A stretch of DNA of 64,000 nucleotides from Dehalococcoidia bacterium (GTDB taxonomy: Bacteria > Chloroflexota > Dehalococcoidia > UBA2979). The translations under genes and the position numbers were made by a program. Positions 1 through 10,350 of the stretch are shown here, piece by piece. The notes below the pieces were generated by a model, which worked only from the letters and a program-made list of their open reading frames with translations, ran no database searches and was not told the DNA's origin. The DNA is taken from assembly GCA_009692765.1 (NCBI GenBank), contig SHYQ01000001.1:29096-93095 (forward strand), given 5' to 3'. The first letter of the stretch is position 1; each line of letters begins with the position of its first letter.

Positions 1-92
1 TTCGTGTGCTGCACGGCATCATCGTCACGCTGACTCAGCGGCTGCGCGGGCAGCACTCGGCGTACTTCGAGATCACAGACCTGGGTGCCTAG
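1..92 (+). CDS. 3' end of a gene entering the window; possibly a cyclic-nucleotide-binding (Crp/cNMP) domain protein
   Basis: Frame from nt 3 reads RVLHGIIVTLTQRLRGQHSAYFEITDLGA* (TAG 90-92). It resembles the C-helix of cNMP-binding domains, but only 29 codons are visible. Confidence 0.3.
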   Translation, partial: RVLHGIIVTLTQRLRGQHSAYFEITDLGA

Positions 93-101
93 CGGGGTCT
101 T

Positions 102-195
102 CCCTCACACCAACCCCTCTACCGGAACCGGCAGAGGGGGCCGGAGATCCGAACCGCAGAACCCTCACCACGTCTGGGGAATGGCAGGGTGAGGG
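102..195. repeat. Two GC-rich palindromic elements (BoxC/REP-like) between convergent genes
   Basis: CCCTCACACCAACCCCTCT-ACCGGAACCGGC-AGAGGGG (102-139) and CCCTCACC...GGTGAGGG (162-195) both form hairpins. They resemble the widespread CCCTCACCC..CCCTCTCCC..GGGAGAGGG intergenic repeat class. Confidence 0.5.
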
Positions 196-1944
<1,749 letters not shown>

Positions 1945-2028
1945 CGCGACACCTCCGCAGCGATCCCGCCATGCAGCGAGGCGAGTATAGCGTCGGGGTG
2001 CGGGCGAGCCTTCGACCGGAGGCGGTCG

Positions 2029-2430
2029 CTACCGCCCCGCGCGAGGGGGCGCGCCCGTGGGCGGGCCGTCGCCGCGGGCCATGAAGCCCCACTCGTAGAG
2101 GAGCGCGAACCAGATCGCCTTTGCGGGGCGGTAGCACAGGACCGTGGCGACGAGGCTCAGCGCGGCGATCGTCCACGTCGACGGGAGGCCGAGGGCGCCG
2201 AGCGGCGACCACTGCCCCTCGATCAGAGCGAGCGCGAGCGCCACGAGCGCGCCGATGGCGTAGCCGATCGGGGGGCCGCCGAGCCATTCGCCGGAGGAGG
2301 ACTCGAAGCGCGTGCCGCAGACGGCGCAGCGTTCATGCAGGCCATAGAAGGAGTTGAACATCGAGGTCTGCCCGCACTCGGGGCAGCGCCGGAGGATGCC
2401 GGTGCGCCAGAACGTGTGGACGGCGCTCAT
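2029..2430 (-). CDS. DUF983-like protein (N-terminal CxxC..CxxC plus two TM helices)
   Basis: RRCPECG...ERCAVCG followed by two hydrophobic segments. Confidence 0.7.
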   Translation of the reverse strand: MSAVHTFWRTGILRRCPECGQTSMFNSFYGLHERCAVCGTRFESSSGEWLGGPPIGYAIGALVALALALIEGQWSPLGALGLPSTWTIAALSLVATVLCYRPAKAIWFALLYEWGFMARGDGPPTGAPPRAGR

Positions 2431-2449
2431 CGCGCCGGACCGCGCGGGG

Positions 2450-2632
2450 CTATCGACGTCCGGCGGTGGCGCGGTAGGGGTTGCCGATCTTCGCCTGACG
2501 CGCCGCGCATTCGGAGCAGAGCACGGACTTTTGGCGGAAGCGGACTCCCCCCTTGATCACGTACACGCCGCAGAGGGAGCATTTCCCCTCCACGCCGTTC
2601 TCGCCGATCTTGATGCCGGTCTGCTGTGCCAT
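2450..2632 (-). CDS. Small putative zinc-binding protein (60 aa)
   Basis: CSLC...CSEC. GGAGG RBS and a TAGACT -10-like hexamer upstream. Co-oriented with the DUF983-like gene. Confidence 0.65.
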   Translation of the reverse strand: MAQQTGIKIGENGVEGKCSLCGVYVIKGGVRFRQKSVLCSECAARQAKIGNPYRATAGRR

Positions 2633-2744
2633 GGCGCGCCTCCGATGCCCGGTCCGATGCTGCTCCGCCTCAGTCTAGTCGCGGCGCGCACTGCTGCACA
2701 TACCGCGCTGCTGCCCGGACTGGCCCGCTGGATATACTGGGGGC

Positions 2745-4085
2745 ATGGCGAGCAGCATCGACGCGGGGGAGGTGCTGGCGCGCATCGAGTCGCACCGGCG
2801 ATCCGCCGCCCCCGACGCGTTCCTCGCGCTGACACTGCCCCCGGACTTCGACCCCCGCCGCCTGCTGGACGACCCGCAGGGCGCGGGCGTGGTCGCCTCC
2901 TACGAACGTCCCTCCCAGGGCATCGCCATGGTCGCCATCGGCGAGGCGGCGCGTATCGAGGCGCCGTGGGGCGCCGGCCCGGGCGCGGTGGGCGTGCAGG
3001 CGCGCGCGCTGGTCGACCGGCCGGGGGGAGGCGACCTGCCGGGGCTGCGTCCTCGGCTGCTGGGCGGTTTTCGCTTCAACGCCTCCGCCGCGCCGCATGC
3101 CCCGTGGGAGGCGTTCGGCGCGGGCTGGTTGGTGCTGCCGCGCGTGCTGTTCCTCGCCACGGGCGAATCGAACGCGCTGATCCTCGCGCCCAGCGCGGAG
3201 GCGCACGACGTCGCCGCGCTCGTCGAGCGCGCCCAGCGCGCACCCGATATCGCCTCCGCCACAGCACTCCGCGTCGAGCAGCCGATGGACCGCGGGCGGT
3301 GGCTGGCGAGCGTCGCGACGATCGCCGCCGAGGTGCGCGCGGGGCTGTACGAGAAGGCCGTGCTCGCCTCGACGCAGCAACTCGCCGGCGATGCCCCGAT
3401 CTCCGTCGGCCGCGCGCTGGCGCGGCTGCGCGAGGACTACCCAGACTGCCACCTGTTCACGATGACCAGCGGCGACGCCACGTTCCTCGGTGCAAGCCCC
3501 GAACTGCTGGTCTCGCTGACGCGAGGCCGCGTGCGCGCGCTCGGGCTCGCGGGGTCAGCGCGGCGCGGCGTCGACCCCGAGGAGGACGAGCGGCTGGGTG
3601 CGGCGCTGCTCGAGAGCGCGAAGAACCGCATCGAGCACGAGACCGTGGTCCGCGCGATCCGCGAGCGGCTGGGCGGGGCGACGGAGGAACTGCTGGCGCC
3701 GAACCAGCCGCAACTCCGCCGCCTGCATAACATCCAGCACCTCTCGACCGAGATCAGCGGCCGCGTGCGGACGGGCGTCGACGTCCTCGACCTGGTGGAG
3801 CGGCTGCACCCCACGCCCGCCGTCTGCGGCTGGCCAGCCGACCGCGCTGGCGAGGTAATCGCGCGCCACGAGGCGTTCGACCGCGGCTGGTACGCGGGGC
3901 CGGTGGGGTGGATGGACGGCGCGGGGGACGGCGAGTTCGCCGTCGGTCTCCGCTCAGCGGTGGTCCGCGGGTCACGCGCGTGGCTCTTCGCCGGCAACGG
4001 CATCATGGGCGACTCCGCCCCGCAGTCCGAGCTGGACGAAGTGCAGCTGAAGTTCCTGGCCGTCGGCGAGGCGTTGGGCGCGTAA
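2745..4085 (+). CDS. menF: Isochorismate synthase
   Basis: Chorismate-binding motifs EKAVLA, FLGASPELL, KNRIEH, LHPTPAVCG, DRGWYAGPVGW and FAGNGI. Rest of the men pathway lies nearby. Confidence 0.9.
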   Translation: MASSIDAGEVLARIESHRRSAAPDAFLALTLPPDFDPRRLLDDPQGAGVVASYERPSQGIAMVAIGEAARIEAPWGAGPGAVGVQARALVDRPGGGDLPGLRPRLLGGFRFNASAAPHAPWEAFGAGWLVLPRVLFLATGESNALILAPSAEAHDVAALVERAQRAPDIASATALRVEQPMDRGRWLASVATIAAEVRAGLYEKAVLASTQQLAGDAPISVGRALARLREDYPDCHLFTMTSGDATFLGASPELLVSLTRGRVRALGLAGSARRGVDPEEDERLGAALLESAKNRIEHETVVRAIRERLGGATEELLAPNQPQLRRLHNIQHLSTEISGRVRTGVDVLDLVERLHPTPAVCGWPADRAGEVIARHEAFDRGWYAGPVGWMDGAGDGEFAVGLRSAVVRGSRAWLFAGNGIMGDSAPQSELDEVQLKFLAVGEALGA

Positions 4086-4122
4086 TCCGCCCGCCTGTCA
4101 CCAGTCTCCCTGCTCAATACAC

Positions 4123-7100
4123 CTAGCCCCAGCTCTTGCCCGCGGGCATCGCCAACACCTCGGCGGGGAAGAGTTGTGTGACCGATTCCGCGATGAGCGT
4201 GCGCTGCTCGCCAGCGCGTTCCTCAAGGCGGCCCTGTACGCGCATGAAGGGTGCGGTGCGGACGATGTCGCGGTACGCCTCGACGAGATCGCGGCTGACA
4301 AGGACGTTGACCATGCCGAACTCGTCCTCGAGCAGCAGGAAGATGATGCCTTTCGCGGTGAGCGGCTGCTGGCGGCAGACGACGAGGCCGGCGAGGTCGA
4401 CGCGCGTGCCCGCGGACAGTGTGCGCAGATGCCGGCTGGCCACCATGCCCTCGCCGAGGGCCGGGCGCAGGAACTGCATGGGGTGGCTGTCCGGCGACAG
4501 CCGCAGCACGGCGTAGTCCCCGGCCATGCGCTGGTACGCGCTGAAATCGGCCAGACGCACCTGGTCCTGCTCGGTGGGCAGCGCGAGGCGCAACTGGCGA
4601 TCGCGAGGACGGCGCAGCCCCGATTGCTCCCCGCGTCGGTAGACGCTTGCTCCGGAAGCAGGGCCGCCAGCGAACAGACCGAGCTGCCAGAGTAACTCGC
4701 GGCGGTTGAGGCCCAGGACGTCGAACGCTCCGATGCGGATGAGGTTCGTGGAGGCTTCGCGCGAGAGCCCGGTGCGCTGGACGAATTCGAACAGCGATCG
4801 GTACGGTCCCGCGCGGCGGCGCTCCTCCTCGATGCGGTTCGCGCCCGCCTCGCCGACGCCGCGCACGTAGCCGAGGCCGACACGCACGGCATCGAGGTGA
4901 TCGGGGCCGCGCCGATCGGTCTGCACAGCGTCGGGCGTGATCTCCTCGACGGTGCATCGCGCATCGCTAAGGTTGATATCGGGGCGGCGGACGTCCACGC
5001 CGTGGCGCTGCGCGTCATTCGTCAGCACGTGCGGCGGGTAGAAGCCCAGCGGCTGCTCGTTGAGCAGCGCGCACAGGTACTCCGGTGGGTAGTAGTGCCT
5101 CAGCCACGTCGACTGGTACGCGAGCAGGCCGAACGCCGCACCATGTGACTTGGGGAAGCCGAACTCCGCGAAGCCGAGGAGGTTCTCGAACATCTTCGTG
5201 GCGTCGGCCTCGGAGACGTCGTCGTGTGAGAGCGCCCCGGCCATGAACTGCTGGCGGTACCGCTCCATAATCTGCGACGAGCGTTTGCGGCTCATGGCCC
5301 GGCGGAACGTCTCCGCCTCGCCGGCATTGAAGCCGCCCATGCGCTTGGCGACCTCGATCACCTGGTCCTGGAACAGCACCACGCCCAGCGTCTCCTCCAG
5401 GGCCGGGCGCACGCACTCCGGCATCGGGATCGCGTAGTCCGGGTCGCGTCGCCGCGCCTCGCGACGGCGCACGTACGGGTTTACCGCGCCGCCGACGATC
5501 GGGCCGGGGCGCACAATCGAGACCTGCACGGTGAGGTCGTCGAGGTTGCGCGGCTGCGTGCGCGGCAGCATGGCGATCTGCGCGCGCGACTCGATCTGGA
5601 AGACGCCGATGGTGTCGCCTCGACAGATCTCGTCGTAGATCACCGGGTCGTTGAAGTCGGGGCTGCGCGACAGGTCGACGACCTTGTGGCGGTGACGCTC
5701 CACAAGGTCGACGCACTCCTCAACGACGGAGAGCATGCCGAGGCCGAGGAAGTCGATCTTCACCATCCGCGCGTCGTCGATGCTGTCCTTGTCCCAGTGC
5801 GCGAGGTAGCGGTTCGGCCAGCGCGCGGGCTGGCAGGGGACGCAGTCGATCAGCGGCTCCGAGGAGATCACCATCCCGCCGACGTGCTGCGACAGATGTC
5901 GAGGGAAGCCCGCGAGCTGGTGGGCCATTTCGGAGAGGTACTGCCACGCGCGGTCCTCGACGTTCTGAGGAGTGACGTACTCGCTCCCGGATCCGGCAGT
6001 AGCGGGATCGGCGATGCCGCGCTGGCGCGCCACCTCCTCGCCCACGTGCGTCGCGCGGTCGTACGGCCTCGCCCGCTTCGCAAGGCGATCGACCTCGGTC
6101 TCCGGCAGGCCGAGGACCTTGCCGATGTCACGCACGGCGCTGCGGATGCGGTAGGTCGGGAAGATCGCGACCAGCGCGGCATGTTCTTTGCCCCACTTCA
6201 CGTAGACGCGCTCGATCAGTCGCTCGCGGATATCGCGCGGGAAGTCGAGGTCGATGTCCGGCAGCGAGCGCATGCCGTCATTGAGGAAGCGATCGACGCC
6301 GAGCCGGTTGCGGATCGGGTCGATGTGCGACAGCCCGATCAGGTAGCAGATGATCGAGGCCACGGACGAGCCGCGCCCGCGCCCTGGCGGGAGTTCCGTG
6401 ACGCTGCGCGCGCGGCTCGGCCCGCGCACCTCCGCTGCCACGACCTCCGCGAGTGTCATCACCTCGTGGTAGACGAGGAAGAACCCGGCGAGGCGGTTCA
6501 GTTCCACGAGGGCCAGTTCCCGCTCCAGCCGCTCCAGCGCCGCGTCTCGCTCGCCGAACGAGTACTTGCGATCGAGACGCCCCATGCACAGCGATCGCAG
6601 TTCCTCGATCGGCGTGCGCCTGTCATGCGTGGGCGGTGAGGGCAGCGAGTAGCCCAGATCCTCGGTCAGGTCGAACGCGCAGCGGCGTGCGATGCGCACG
6701 GAGTTCGCCGCGGCCTCCGGGTGGTACTCGGCGAAACGCCGCGCCTGCTCCTGCGGCGAGCGCAGGGCGAACTCCCCGTTCGGCCTCCGCTCGCGGTGCG
6801 ATTCGTCCAGGGTCTTGCGGTGCTTGATCGCGACGAGCACGTCCTGCAGCCGATGCCGGTCCGGCTCGTGGTAATGCACGTCGCCCGTGCCGACGACCTC
6901 GACACCGGCGCGCGCGGCGAGGTCGACAAGCGTGCGATTGCGCGGACGGTCGCCGTAGACGAGGTTGTCCTGCAGTTCGACGAAGACATTGTTGCGGCCG
7001 AACCACGCGATCCAGCGGTGCAACGCGGTCTCTGCCTCCTCGACCCGATGCTCCTGTACCAGCCGCGGCACGAGGCCATCGCGGCAACCGGTGAGCGCGA

Positions 7101-7638
7101 TCAGGCCTGCGGTATGGGCCTCAAGGAATGCGGTGGGGACGACGGGATCGAGACGGCGCGTCTCGCGATCGTGCTGCGCCGCCTCGAACAGCCCGAACGC
7201 GCGGCTGGAGAGGCGACAGAGGTTGGAGTAGCCCCGGCGGTCCTCCGCGAGCAGCGTGATGTGCGATCGCGTGCCGTCGGGCTCCTCGAGGGTGAGCTCG
7301 AGGCCGGTGATCGGTCGGAATCCCTCCTCCTTCGCGGAGCGCGCGAACTCCATCGATCCGTACATGGCGTCGTGGTCGGTCAGCGCCAGCGCGCGGTGTC
7401 CCTGCTGCCTCGCGGCGATCAGCAACTCGTCGATGCTCGACGCGCCCTCCAGCAGCGAGTAGTTCGAGTGCAGGTGCAGCTCCACGTACGGCGCATCGTC
7501 GAGGACGGACAGCGGCACCGGCTGCGCCGGATCGCGTGCAGCCATCGAGCGCGGCGTGTCGCCCTCGATGGCCGCGTCGATGGCGCGTCGCCGTGCCGCG
7601 AACGCCTCCCACGAGTACTCGGGCGCGTGCGGGCTCAT
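4123..7638 (-). CDS. dnaE2: Error-prone DNA polymerase III alpha subunit (DnaE2/ImuC)
   Basis: PHP domain YVELHLHSNYSLLEGAS, GRGSSVAS, PDIDLDF, FPRHLSQHVGG, KIDFLGLGML, GVFQIESRAQ, FGFPKSH and a C-terminal OB fold. Coupled to imuB-like genes. Confidence 0.93.
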   Translation of the reverse strand: MSPHAPEYSWEAFAARRRAIDAAIEGDTPRSMAARDPAQPVPLSVLDDAPYVELHLHSNYSLLEGASSIDELLIAARQQGHRALALTDHDAMYGSMEFARSAKEEGFRPITGLELTLEEPDGTRSHITLLAEDRRGYSNLCRLSSRAFGLFEAAQHDRETRRLDPVVPTAFLEAHTAGLIALTGCRDGLVPRLVQEHRVEEAETALHRWIAWFGRNNVFVELQDNLVYGDRPRNRTLVDLAARAGVEVVGTGDVHYHEPDRHRLQDVLVAIKHRKTLDESHRERRPNGEFALRSPQEQARRFAEYHPEAAANSVRIARRCAFDLTEDLGYSLPSPPTHDRRTPIEELRSLCMGRLDRKYSFGERDAALERLERELALVELNRLAGFFLVYHEVMTLAEVVAAEVRGPSRARSVTELPPGRGRGSSVASIICYLIGLSHIDPIRNRLGVDRFLNDGMRSLPDIDLDFPRDIRERLIERVYVKWGKEHAALVAIFPTYRIRSAVRDIGKVLGLPETEVDRLAKRARPYDRATHVGEEVARQRGIADPATAGSGSEYVTPQNVEDRAWQYLSEMAHQLAGFPRHLSQHVGGMVISSEPLIDCVPCQPARWPNRYLAHWDKDSIDDARMVKIDFLGLGMLSVVEECVDLVERHRHKVVDLSRSPDFNDPVIYDEICRGDTIGVFQIESRAQIAMLPRTQPRNLDDLTVQVSIVRPGPIVGGAVNPYVRRREARRRDPDYAIPMPECVRPALEETLGVVLFQDQVIEVAKRMGGFNAGEAETFRRAMSRKRSSQIMERYRQQFMAGALSHDDVSEADATKMFENLLGFAEFGFPKSHGAAFGLLAYQSTWLRHYYPPEYLCALLNEQPLGFYPPHVLTNDAQRHGVDVRRPDINLSDARCTVEEITPDAVQTDRRGPDHLDAVRVGLGYVRGVGEAGANRIEEERRRAGPYRSLFEFVQRTGLSREASTNLIRIGAFDVLGLNRRELLWQLGLFAGGPASGASVYRRGEQSGLRRPRDRQLRLALPTEQDQVRLADFSAYQRMAGDYAVLRLSPDSHPMQFLRPALGEGMVASRHLRTLSAGTRVDLAGLVVCRQQPLTAKGIIFLLLEDEFGMVNVLVSRDLVEAYRDIVRTAPFMRVQGRLEERAGEQRTLIAESVTQLFPAEVLAMPAGKSWG

Positions 7639-7982
7639 CGCGGGGCTCCCTCAGGGGCATTCTGAGGGGCGGAGTACGGCTGCTCGAACCACGCGCCGGT
7701 GGCGTCGTCGCGGAACAGCGTGAGCGGACGGCCGCCTTCGAGGATCACGCGGTAGTAGGTGCGCGCCTGCGAGACCTCGCGCCACCACGCCTCTGCGATG
7801 CGCCAGATCTCCTCGATCTGCTCGACGCGCGCCTCGTCACGCGCACCACGCCGATCGCGGCGCGCGATCGCCACCGGACGCGCGTCCGCATCGACGCGTA
7901 CGAGGAGGCCGCGCGGCATGCCGATCGCGCGCAACGACGTGGAGGCTGCCGTGCGACGTTGCTGTGGGTGGGGCGCGCTCAC
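7635..7982 (-). CDS. Small ImuB-C-terminal-like (DUF6504-like) protein, 115 aa
   Basis: GTG 7982-7980 overlaps the imuB TGA (GTGA), and its own TGA overlaps the dnaE2 ATG (ATGA). Sequence VEQIEEIWRIAEAWW..RTYYRVILEGGRPLTLFRD..GAWF. It is only the tail of the 7635..9125 ORF in the track. Confidence 0.8.
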   Translation of the reverse strand: MSAPHPQQRRTAASTSLRAIGMPRGLLVRVDADARPVAIARRDRRGARDEARVEQIEEIWRIAEAWWREVSQARTYYRVILEGGRPLTLFRDDATGAWFEQPYSAPQNAPEGAPR

Positions 7983-9196
7983 GGGTCGTACTCCAGCAGC
8001 GCGCGGCGGCGCTCCGGCAGCCGGTGCCACGGCTCCACCTCCACAACGCGCGCAAGCGGCGACTCGCCGAAGCGCACCTTCAGATGACGCACCATCTCGT
8101 CGAGCTGCTCTCGGCGGCGCGTCTGCTCCATGAACAGGCTGTGCTGCCGCCCGCTCTCCTCGGTCAGCCCCGCGAGCTCCAGCGTGACCAGCGAGAACGG
8201 GCCTGGGAACTCCGCGTACTCGACCAGCGTGCGCAGCACCGTCCACATCCGTCCGCGATCGCCCAGCGGATCGCGCAGCACCTGCTCGCGCTCCCAGAGC
8301 GCGCCGCGCTCCGTCTCCGCGCGCAGCCGGAGCAGCCGCACGAAGCGGCGCCGCGCGCGAGGCTGCCGCAAGGCGCGCCCCAGCATCTGCTCCAGCGCGT
8401 GCAGCACGGACTCGCGGCTGACCAGCGGCGGCTCCGCCTGCACGTGCTCCTCCACGCGCTCGCGCTCCCACGGTTGCGGTCGCACCGGCCGCGGGTCCTC
8501 GCCGCGCGCGGCGAGCCATGCGACGCCACCCTCGAGGCCGAACTGCGCCTCGATGGCCGCGCGCGGCAATGCGGCGAACGCGCCACAGCGCTCGATGCCG
8601 AGCAGGTGCAGCCGCTCGACCGCATCGACCTCGAGCGGGAGCCGCGACACCAGCTCCGTCGCGAGGAACGTCGCGGCCTCGGTGAGCGGCACGTGCACCA
8701 CGGCGTTCGGCTCCGCGCGGTGCGCGGCCATCAGCGCGGTGAAGCGTGCATCCGCGACGCCGAGCTGCGGGCACAGTTGCGGCGGCACCCCGCCGAACAC
8801 CGCGCGCTTGAGGTCGCCGAGGCGCGGGTACAGCCCTTCGGTGCCGCGCAGGTCCGCGAAGACGATGCCCTGTCCCGCCTCTTCCACGAGCGGGCTGACC
8901 GCACACATCGCCTCGACGAGGTCGCGCGCGAACCGCGCCACCAGCGCCGGCCGAGGCTCCACGACCGACAGCATCGGGCACAGCCCGACCGCATCCCGCA
9001 GCGTCATCCCCACGCGGACGCCATGTATGCGCGCCTCGGGCGTCACATCCAGGACGCGGGCGTGCGCCTCGTCGCTCAGCACGGCAGGCATCCCGGCCAG
9101 CCCCGGCCGCTCCACCAGTTCGCACTGGAATGCGAGCGACGGAATCGCGAGGCAGGCAACGGACGCGGCGCGCGGACGCGGGACGGCTCTCGACAT
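7979..9196 (-). CDS. imuB: Catalytically inactive Y-family polymerase homologue (ImuB/ImuY-like)
   Basis: Y-family-like N-terminus (ARIHGVRVGMTLRDAVGLCP, SPLVEE) lacks the catalytic Asp and the DE motif. Beta-clamp motif QHSLF. Start reassigned to ATG 9196 with a G-rich RBS. Confidence 0.85.
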   Translation of the reverse strand: MSRAVPRPRAASVACLAIPSLAFQCELVERPGLAGMPAVLSDEAHARVLDVTPEARIHGVRVGMTLRDAVGLCPMLSVVEPRPALVARFARDLVEAMCAVSPLVEEAGQGIVFADLRGTEGLYPRLGDLKRAVFGGVPPQLCPQLGVADARFTALMAAHRAEPNAVVHVPLTEAATFLATELVSRLPLEVDAVERLHLLGIERCGAFAALPRAAIEAQFGLEGGVAWLAARGEDPRPVRPQPWERERVEEHVQAEPPLVSRESVLHALEQMLGRALRQPRARRRFVRLLRLRAETERGALWEREQVLRDPLGDRGRMWTVLRTLVEYAEFPGPFSLVTLELAGLTEESGRQHSLFMEQTRRREQLDEMVRHLKVRFGESPLARVVEVEPWHRLPERRRALLEYDP

Positions 9197-9230
9197 GGTT
9201 CCCCCCGCCAGAAGGCAGGGGCAGTGTACA

Positions 9231-9244
9231 AGAACTGGTGTTCT
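9231..9244. promoter_or_regulatory. LexA (SOS) box upstream of imuB-dnaE2
   Basis: AGAAC-TGGT-GTTCT, a perfect GAAC-N4-GTTC palindrome, next to a minus-strand TACACT -10 hexamer (9228-9223). Confidence 0.85.
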
Positions 9245-9293
9245 AATACGAGGGATAGGTTTGGCGGGGCGCTCGGCGGGTAACTGCGTGCGG

Positions 9294-10148
9294 TCAGTCC
9301 GCCGGAGCGAACCCCTCGTCGCCTTCGCGCAGCTGCCGGCTCGGACCAAGCACCCGCTGGATCGTCGCGCGGGCGGTCGCATACTGCCGGAGGCCCCACC
9401 CGTCCTCTCGCGCCATGCGCAGCGTCGCCGGTCGCGTGCCAGCGGCGAAGGTCCGGGATCGCGGCTGCATGTACTGCGATACGTACTCCGCAGCCTCTAG
9501 GCCGGCGATCGTGTGGGCGAAGGTTTCGACGTCATCCATCGGCAGCATTGGGCTCACCGCGACGCCGATGGGGACGCCGGCCTCACGAAGCGCACGCAAC
9601 GCCCGCAGTCGCACGCCGATCGCGGGCGCGCTCGCCTGCGGTACGAGGCGAGCGCGTTCTGAGTCCGTGGTCACCGAGACGTTGACGCGGATGTGATCGA
9701 ACTGCTGAAGCAGATCGATGTCACGCGTCACGATCGGGCTGCGGGTCTGGATAGTCAGCCGCGGCTGGACCCCGGCGGCAAGGATCGCCAGCAGGACCGA
9801 GCGTGTCAGCCCCAGCCGGTGCTCGGCTGGTTGGTAGGGATCCGTCGCACTGGACATGTACACCGTATCACCGGATCGGAGCGTGCCATCCTGGCAGGCC
9901 TTCGTGATCAGCGTGGCGGCATTCTGCTTGGCCGAGGCCCAGTCCCCCCAGGTGTCCCGCTTCGCCGGTGTCGGCGCGAACGAGCGCGCGTAGCAGTACT
10001 CGCACGCGAATCGACATCCCGAGTACGGGTTGAGCGTGTACTGGTAACGGCGGATGAAGCCGGAAGCGAGCGTCAGGATGGAGCGCTCGTCCACGAGCGC
10101 AATCCCGGCGCGCTTCCCTCTCCCCAGACCGCCGTCGAGGTCGCTCAT
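9294..10148 (-). CDS. Radical SAM protein, spore-photoproduct-lyase-like (SplB/Rv2578c-type)
   Basis: YTLNPYSGCRFACEYCYA (CxxxCxxC), SSATDPYQPAE, IQTRSPIVTRDIDLL. ATG 10148 lies 6 nt after a TACCCT -10-like hexamer. Confidence 0.85.
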   Translation of the reverse strand: MSDLDGGLGRGKRAGIALVDERSILTLASGFIRRYQYTLNPYSGCRFACEYCYARSFAPTPAKRDTWGDWASAKQNAATLITKACQDGTLRSGDTVYMSSATDPYQPAEHRLGLTRSVLLAILAAGVQPRLTIQTRSPIVTRDIDLLQQFDHIRVNVSVTTDSERARLVPQASAPAIGVRLRALRALREAGVPIGVAVSPMLPMDDVETFAHTIAGLEAAEYVSQYMQPRSRTFAAGTRPATLRMAREDGWGLRQYATARATIQRVLGPSRQLREGDEGFAPAD

Positions 10149-10350
10149 GGCTGAAGGGTATGGGGTATCAGCAACCTGGCAAGCACCAGATGGCACTCAC
10201 GCAGCCGGCGCCAGCCACCCGTTCGCAACGCGCCCGTTCTTGTCTGGAGCCATTCCGACGCAGCCGGCTGCCTCGCAATCACAGCGTTGCCGGTTCGAGC
10301 GGCGTGGCAGGATCGCGACGCCACGACGGACGCGGGATAAGATGTAGCGA

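Noticed and set aside
10200..10245. Second SOS box upstream of the radical SAM gene (CAACGCGCCCGTTC)
   Set aside because: The left half-site is mismatched and the spacing is 6 nt rather than 4.
4086..10350. Mutagenesis block as an active mobile element
   Set aside because: No integrase, transposase, terminal inverted repeats or target-site duplication are visible, and base composition looks like the flanks.
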